From the NCBI GenBank assembly GCA_951406725.2, contig OX597825.1, forward strand, positions 38,812,001 to 38,876,000: a stretch of 64,000 nucleotides of DNA. Reading direction: 5' to 3'. Within the stretch, counting starts at the first letter, position 1; each line of letters starts with the position of its first letter. The stretch is from Octopus vulgaris (Eukaryota). Below, in pieces: positions 57,550 through 64,000 of this stretch. The notes under the pieces were generated by a model that was not told the DNA's origin, ran no database searches, and worked only from the letters and a program-made list of their open reading frames with translations. A program made the translations under genes and the position numbers.

Positions 57550-58400
57550 TAAATTTTCACATAGAAATTCAGATGAATATAAATGCAATATTTTTTACAG
57601 ATTTTATAGAGTAAATATTCTAATGTAGTTTCCGATTTGTAATTTATTGAAAATAAATCATTTGGTTCCTCTATTGATGAGATTAGAAAACTACCAGTAG
57701 TAGCATAAATCAAAACAGTGATTGGTAAATAATTTATGCCATTCATAATAATAATAAACAAATATTCAAATATTTCATTAAGAATGGAGAGAGAAATTAA
57801 ATAATATGTTGGTACAAGATCTATGTAAATGTGGATGATGTAACAGAATACTATTCATGATTAACTAGTAAGAAGATTTAGTACTGAAAAGAAAGTAGAT
57901 AATAGAAAGTAATTAATAGATAAGCAAATAATAAATTGATTTAATACAGAAGATTTGACAACAAACAATATCTAAGGAAAGATTTTAGGTTGTGCATCTC
58001 TGTGCGGATGTGAATAGACTATGTTTGAAAGAAATCTCAAATTAAGCTATTGATTATTTGCAGGGTAACATACATTAATCAGAGAATGTAGCGAATTCTC
58101 GAGTAATTTCTAAAGCAAATATTAGTATTTTAAATATATGAAAAAAATTGTTCTGATGAGATATAAGAGTAAAAATGGAATTGCTAAAATATCATCGGTA
58201 AAAAATAGATGGAAACCCAATTACAAATGACAACAATGTGTTGTGTTACATCAAACTACCGAATAATCGAGTCTAACAAATTAGCAAATCCTTGAGAATT
58301 AGTAATCCGATGAAAAACAGACAATACAAGGGGATTCAGATTTTTCTATTCTGAAAAGACAATTAAGAAGATGCAAAATGATTAATGCTCAACTGCAAAA
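57550..58400 (+). mobile_element. Possible highly decayed LINE RT
   Basis: FRLCIS..AD...LKEISN*AIDY (GFR..RSC.D...LRQI.EKAIEY) and IQGDSDFSIL (RQGDSLSP.L) in plausible order. Confidence 0.3.
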
Positions 58401-59019
58401 GAAATAAATATTGCCAACGAATTTCCAGTATATATACCTGTTAGCGTTACTAGAGTTACAATATATATATATACATATATGTGAATGCATGTGCGTCTGT
58501 GTATGTGTGTGTGTGTGTATCCGGCAAATTTTAATGTACATAATATTTAATGAAGAGTTACTACTAGTTTCATGTCATGGAGACACGACAATTCGACAGA
58601 TTTATATAATGTGCCTTGTTTCTCCATGCATTAAGGCTGAGGGCACATGGTTAGTCGTATTCGAAAAGTAGGACGCTGCTCCATGAGAAAACATGAGAAA
58701 AAATGTGTTGATTTTTGCAAAAAGTGAAACTAGAAGGCTAAGTTGAATATTACAATACTGTGTTCAATGAATACGACAACAGCGTGTTCAGTGCGCTCGT
58801 CTTATTGAAGCACGACGTTCTCGGACGTTAGTGCTTTGATATATTATGCCTCTTCTGAACCTGCCTAGTTGTTTTAAGAATAAATATGCAAATATGCATT
58901 TAGGATCTTGGTGGAGACGGTACATATGTTTGTGTGTGAGTATATATGTATATATGTGTGTGTCTGTGTGTGTGTGTGTGTGTGTAGATACACACATAAA
59001 TACACATATATATACATGA

Positions 59020-59057
<38 letters not shown>

Positions 59058-59884
59058 GTGTGTGTGTATGTATATATGTATGCAAATACATGGGTATACA
59101 TTCATGTATGGTTTCCACGATGAGGCTTGAGTCTTTTGATGGAAAAAATTGTATTCCTAATAATATAACATGTAACCGATTGTGTATTCCATAGCTTCGT
59201 ATGTACTTGACGTAATCCTGAGCCACAATCAACGTGGATATTTATGTGAAAAGCATCTATCTTTGAATTAATAGTAAAATTCATGCAAAGGGATTCGTCA
59301 TATTAAACACTCTCAACTGTCATATGAGCCTGAATTTATCATATAAAATATATGACGTTTCTGTGTAGTGCAATTTTAATGTTCTCTGCGTAATATATTT
59401 TCTGAAATGACACACCAGTTTGTAATACAGTGGAGAAAATTTGTTCTCGCATAATCATAGTGACGCCCTTTTAGATAAAACTGGCATTTACTTACCAAGA
59501 AATTACATTCAGTTCAGCGGGTGTCTTACATCTCCTATGTAAGAATATGGGGATACGAAGTATTTAAAGAAAATTAAGGAAAAATATCGACCAACTGGAA
59601 CACTGTAAGTCTAATATTACGGCTAGTGTTGTATGCTAATTATGTGCTGAAGGAAAAGAAAACATAACAAAATATGTTTTGTTAAAAATTTAATATGGTA
59701 TAATAATTAAGAATGGCTCCAATAATAATTTTGAAATTCTCATAACTAATTGTAACAGGAAAAAAAATCACCTAAAAGTATATATGAAAGCATTTCATGA
59801 TATAAACTAGAATATGTATATGGATTTTAAGCCTTCCTCAAAAGAAGTTTTTAATATTGATTGTATTCATATACTCCTTTTTTG

Positions 59885-60092
59885 CTATTCTACTGTAGGC
59901 ACAAGGAATTTGTGGGGAGGGCGCCAGTCAATTAGATCGACCCAAGTACGCAAGAGGTACTTAATTTATCGACCCCGGAAGGATAAAAGGCAAAGCCAAA
60001 CTCGGCGAAATTTGAACTTAGAACGTAAAGATAGACGAAATACCACTAAGCATTTCGCCTAGCGTGCTAACGTTTCTGTTAGCTCGCCGCTT
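59885..60092 (-). mobile_element. SINE family B
   Basis: ggtacttaatttatcgaccccggaaggataaaaggcaaag...tttgaactt...agctcgccgctt. Confidence 0.85.
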
Positions 60093-60619
60093 AAAATAAT
60101 TCTTAAGTATTGATTCAACAATGATGTTAGCTTTGTCGATACACATACGAATCTATGATTAATTGGATGTCCACCGCAAGAACACAGTCGATTGCACATT
60201 TGAATCGTCTTATATAATCGTTTATGTTAGCCGCTGTCTTCTGAAGAATCTATACACAATTAATCGAACAAAAAGTTGTATGACTGTGAAAAATATTTAC
60301 TGAGGGGCGGAGTGATGAAAAGCGATAGTAAAGTTCAAAATTTAGGAGATTATGAGTTTTGATAATAGCCTCAAAATATTTCATCTAATGTTCCAGATTG
60401 TAGTTTCGGATGAATTTCTTGAGATATTTTGAATTTGTTAGGGATTATCACATCATCGTTTTCTGTCGCGAATAGATATAGAGTGGTATTTGTTTTGGAA
60501 TATCGATTTCATGGTATTCTTTTACATGTTTCAGTGATTTAACTGCAGCCATGAAGCAGAACCGCCTTAAAGGGTTTTAGCCAAAAAAAAAAACGATCCT
60601 CAGGACTCATTCTGAGCTG

Positions 60620-62580
60620 GAAGAATGGATACTTGCCGAAGCTGCAAAGATTAAGAGGCATGAACGATAGGTGACACAGTATAAATAGAACTGATTCTAT
60701 CAGGAAATGAATAGCATGGTTTGGAATGATGATATGATCAATGATGCAGATAAAAGTAAGAAATTTTGTGGTAATATCTGGAGTTTAGGAATAGAGTAAA
60801 ATAAAAGTGTGAAGTGGCTGACTAACATAAAATATGACATTAATGATAACCACCATGAACAATTAGATATAACATCTGATATGCAACTATCCACTGTAAA
60901 AAAATGCCAAATTGGAAAGTTCCCGGCAGAGACGGAGTACAATGCAAGGAAACTGATGGCACTCTACGGGAGAATTGCTGACCAACAAAACGAAATCCTG
61001 CTCTGGGAGAAAATGCATTTGACAACTATAAACATATATCCGGCCCTCACTCTTATGCGGAAGCTTATAATAGGTGTCATTGCCGAGGCAATGTATGAAT
61101 ATATGGAGAAGACACTACTTGAAGAACAGAAGGAATGTAGGAGACAGACAGGGAGACTAAGGGTCAGCTGTTGATTGATAAGTTATTCCTTAAAAGTCGT
61201 AACCGGAGGCACACAAACCTTGTCATGGCTTGGATCAATTACCGTAAATCTTATGACATGGTGCTACATAATTTGATAGCGGAATTTTTGGAAACATTTG
61301 ATTTTGCAGCTAACCTTCTACGGTTTCTGGTGAACTGTATGAATGGTGGGAGGTCTGAGGTGACATAATGCAGACAGATATTGCGAGTTGTGAACATTAA
61401 TAGAGGAGTATTCCACAGAGAGTATTTCGCCTTTGCTGCTTTTATTGTTCATGGTTCCACTTTCATTAGTGTTGAAAAGGGAAATAGCTCCTTATGAGTG
61501 AAGAGGCTATCGGTTTAAGATAAACCACCTACTATTCGTGAATGATCTAAACCTCTTTGCAAAATACTACTAACAGATTGATTTCCGTGCAGAGACACTT
61601 CATACATTTAGCATGAATGTAAGAATGGAATTTGGCATAAAACCTGTAGGGTGCTATTACTGATGGGAGGTAGAATTGATAAAATGAAAGGAATTGTATT
61701 ACCAGAGGGGCAAGTAATGGAGGGAATTGAAAATGTTTCTAGATACTTAGGTATCATGGAAAGAGACCAAATGAAAGAGAAGGAAATGAAAGAATTGTTA
61801 TCAAAGGAACATACACTGAGACTGATACTGGTTTAAATAAAATGTTGAGTGGTATGAATAAGTTACTGGTTGTCAACACACAGACCGTTGCACTTATACG
61901 TTATAGCGCTGATATAATAATGGAGCTTGATCGAATGATTAGGAAAGTTATGAGACTACAATGTGCTTTACACCCCACCAAATTCACATGGATAGGTTAT
62001 ATCTTCCACGCTAGAGAAGAGGAAGAGATCTCATTAGCAGTCAAATATGTGTGAAGAATAGAAAAATAATCTGACATGTTATGTAAAGAGTTCAAAGGAG
62101 AGATTCATGGCCGGAGAAAGAAGGACAACATTATGAAGCTGTAATGAATCAAAGGAAGAGCGATAATTTCAACACCATTGAAGAAATGGGGAGACAAAAT
62201 ATGGCTGGTCAATTCTCGTGGAAAATCTGAGACGGATGACAGATAAGATCTGGGAATGGACTAGAAATAGCGACTTGAAAGTTGAAATTGAAGTCATTTT
62301 TTTCGCAGCACAGGTACAGGCACAGAGATCGAATAATATGTTCAACATTGACAAATCAGTGACTTCTCCACTTTGTAGGTTGCGTGGGGAGAAAGATGAA
62401 GCAGTAAATGTAAGATGCTTGAACAGAAGGAGTACAAGAGAAGAGACGATAACATCGCCATATTGGTTCACTGAAAACTCTGTCATAAGAGTGACATGAG
62501 CAGAAGTCAGAAATATTGTAAGCAGCAACTGGAAAGAGTTTGCTAAAAACGAACAATATTACACCTTGTTGGACATAGCT
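60620..62580 (+). mobile_element. R4/Dong-like element, RT to zinc-knuckle region, decayed
   Basis: EEQKECRR, NLVMAWINYRKSYDMVLH, RGVFH, INHLLFVNDLNLF, RYLGIME, DLKVEIEVIFFAAQVQA, SPLCRLRGEKDE. Confidence 0.85.
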
Positions 62581-62619
62581 GACTCACTCAAGCCTTCCAA
62601 GTTCCCTACGACAGCCAAC

Positions 62620-64000
62620 AGAGAAAGAAGAAAATAAAAGGATAAAATGGACCCGGGAAACATAAAGAAGTAATATACGCTTATTACTATGCATTAAGTT
62701 GGCAATTTCAAGAGAGACACACCAAAACTCTTACAAAATACAGAGAACACAAATATTTGGATGAAAACAAGATAGCAAATGTCAGGAGTGATAACTTTAG
62801 ACTCATAGATAGTGAAATAGGAGCCACCAAGCATGCAGCGTAAAATGAATTAAATATAAGAGAGGACGGAAATGATGAATTAGATGAAGATAGCAGCGCA
62901 CCACGTGTTGAAAGACTGTCCGCTAACACAATCACGTAGAAACCTGAAGAAATAAGAAATTTTAATGAACCTGATAAAAATAGTAAGGAAAGTAATAAAG
63001 AAATAGTGTTTCAAGACCACACATTTGCTGAAGAACACAGAAAGTCGATGCTGGAAATGAAGTAAAAAAAAATCAGAATATGCTTGCCGTAGTAAGATAT
63101 GCAAGTATGGATCATAGAGAACCACTTCATAAACTCATAAATACAAACCAAAATAATAATAAAAAGAAGCTTATTAAATTTGCCAACTATGTAAGAAAAG
63201 AAATAGAAGTATTAAAATAGTATCTTACTGAATTAAATGAAATTATTTAACCATTTGCTAAGTTAATTGAAACCAGCTGTATACCTCCGAAAAACAAATA
63301 AACAAACCAACAAAGAAAACCAGATCTGGAAAGAAATCTAAACTGGAGAAGTAAAATTGAAAAATATAGTGTATTAATGAAAAGGGAATTGTTAGTATTA
63401 AATTAACTAATCTGTGTATATGATATAAGATCCAGAAAATGAAGGAAGATGAAGGGAAAATATGGATTCCCGTGAAGAAAAGAACTGCTATCAACAAAAG
63501 AAAAACTAAAACAAAAGGTCGAAATAAAAACTAAAAGAATACGAAGATTTGAGTAAAGGAACAGAATTTACATCCAATGTCAAAACATTTCCCAGGGTAA
63601 TTAAGAAGGAAAAATTAACGGTTGAAGACCTCCTCCCTCCTATCAAAGAAGCTGAAATCTTTTGGAAAATAAGTTGTAGTGATGAGAAGACATCCAATGA
63701 AAATACAGATTAGATTAGACGGACAGAAAAAACCTTTCAAAATTTTATAAAATTTTACAATGGCAGATGAATGGTGACACTCACGAATGCACATAAGGGA
63801 AATACCTCCGGTAGAGATAGGGTGCCAAGTTTCTGGTCCTCATTGCTCCTATGTGCACACGAAAATTTATTTCAGCTGTTTAACGAAATTATGAGAGGAT
63901 GTAAGAAAACACCTGACTGATTAACAATTGGTATTAATTACCTACTCCCAAAGAATATTGAAACCCAAGTTCAAAAAGATCTATCGGTTCATAAGCTTTG
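62620..64000 (+). mobile_element. 5' part of another R4/Dong-like element, runs off the window
   Basis: KWTRE..KEVIYAYYYA at the start; GRDRVPSFW...TPD*LTIGINYLLPKNIET at the end. Confidence 0.75.

Noticed and set aside
57350-58400. Minus-strand hydrophobic peptides resembling GPCR TM5-TM7 (IPFLLL, INYL...IYATTGSF)
   Set aside because: Many stops; antisense translation of A-rich DNA mimics membrane helices; the plus strand shows faint LINE RT motifs. A TBLASTN/HMM search would settle it.

Overview
AT-rich, microsatellite-saturated eukaryotic DNA. The repeat content (two tRNA-derived SINE families, R4/Dong-type, RTE and Tx1/L1-type LINE relics, Penelope-like elements, mariners, non-autonomous Helitrons) is what I recall from octopod cephalopod genomes; that assignment is an inference, not a database result. 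I find no supportable host protein-coding gene, rRNA, genuine tRNA or CRISPR array. Nearly all ORFs in the track are microsatellite read-throughs or decayed transposon fragments, so the window reads as an intergenic or intronic TE graveyard. The most notable structures are: (i) three Penelope-associated copies of a hammerhead-ribozyme-like motif whose consensus rebuilds a full catalytic core; (ii) two Helitron families, each with a head-to-tail CTAG|T junction; (iii) two independent cases of a SINE inserted antisense into the internal microsatellite of another copy of the same SINE; (iv) a Tx1/L1-type LINE nested inside a mariner TIR, creating a 463-aa chimeric ORF; (v) repeated deletion of the RT catalytic core in five LINE relics from three clades. 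All family assignments come from motif recognition by eye and boundaries of decayed elements are approximate.
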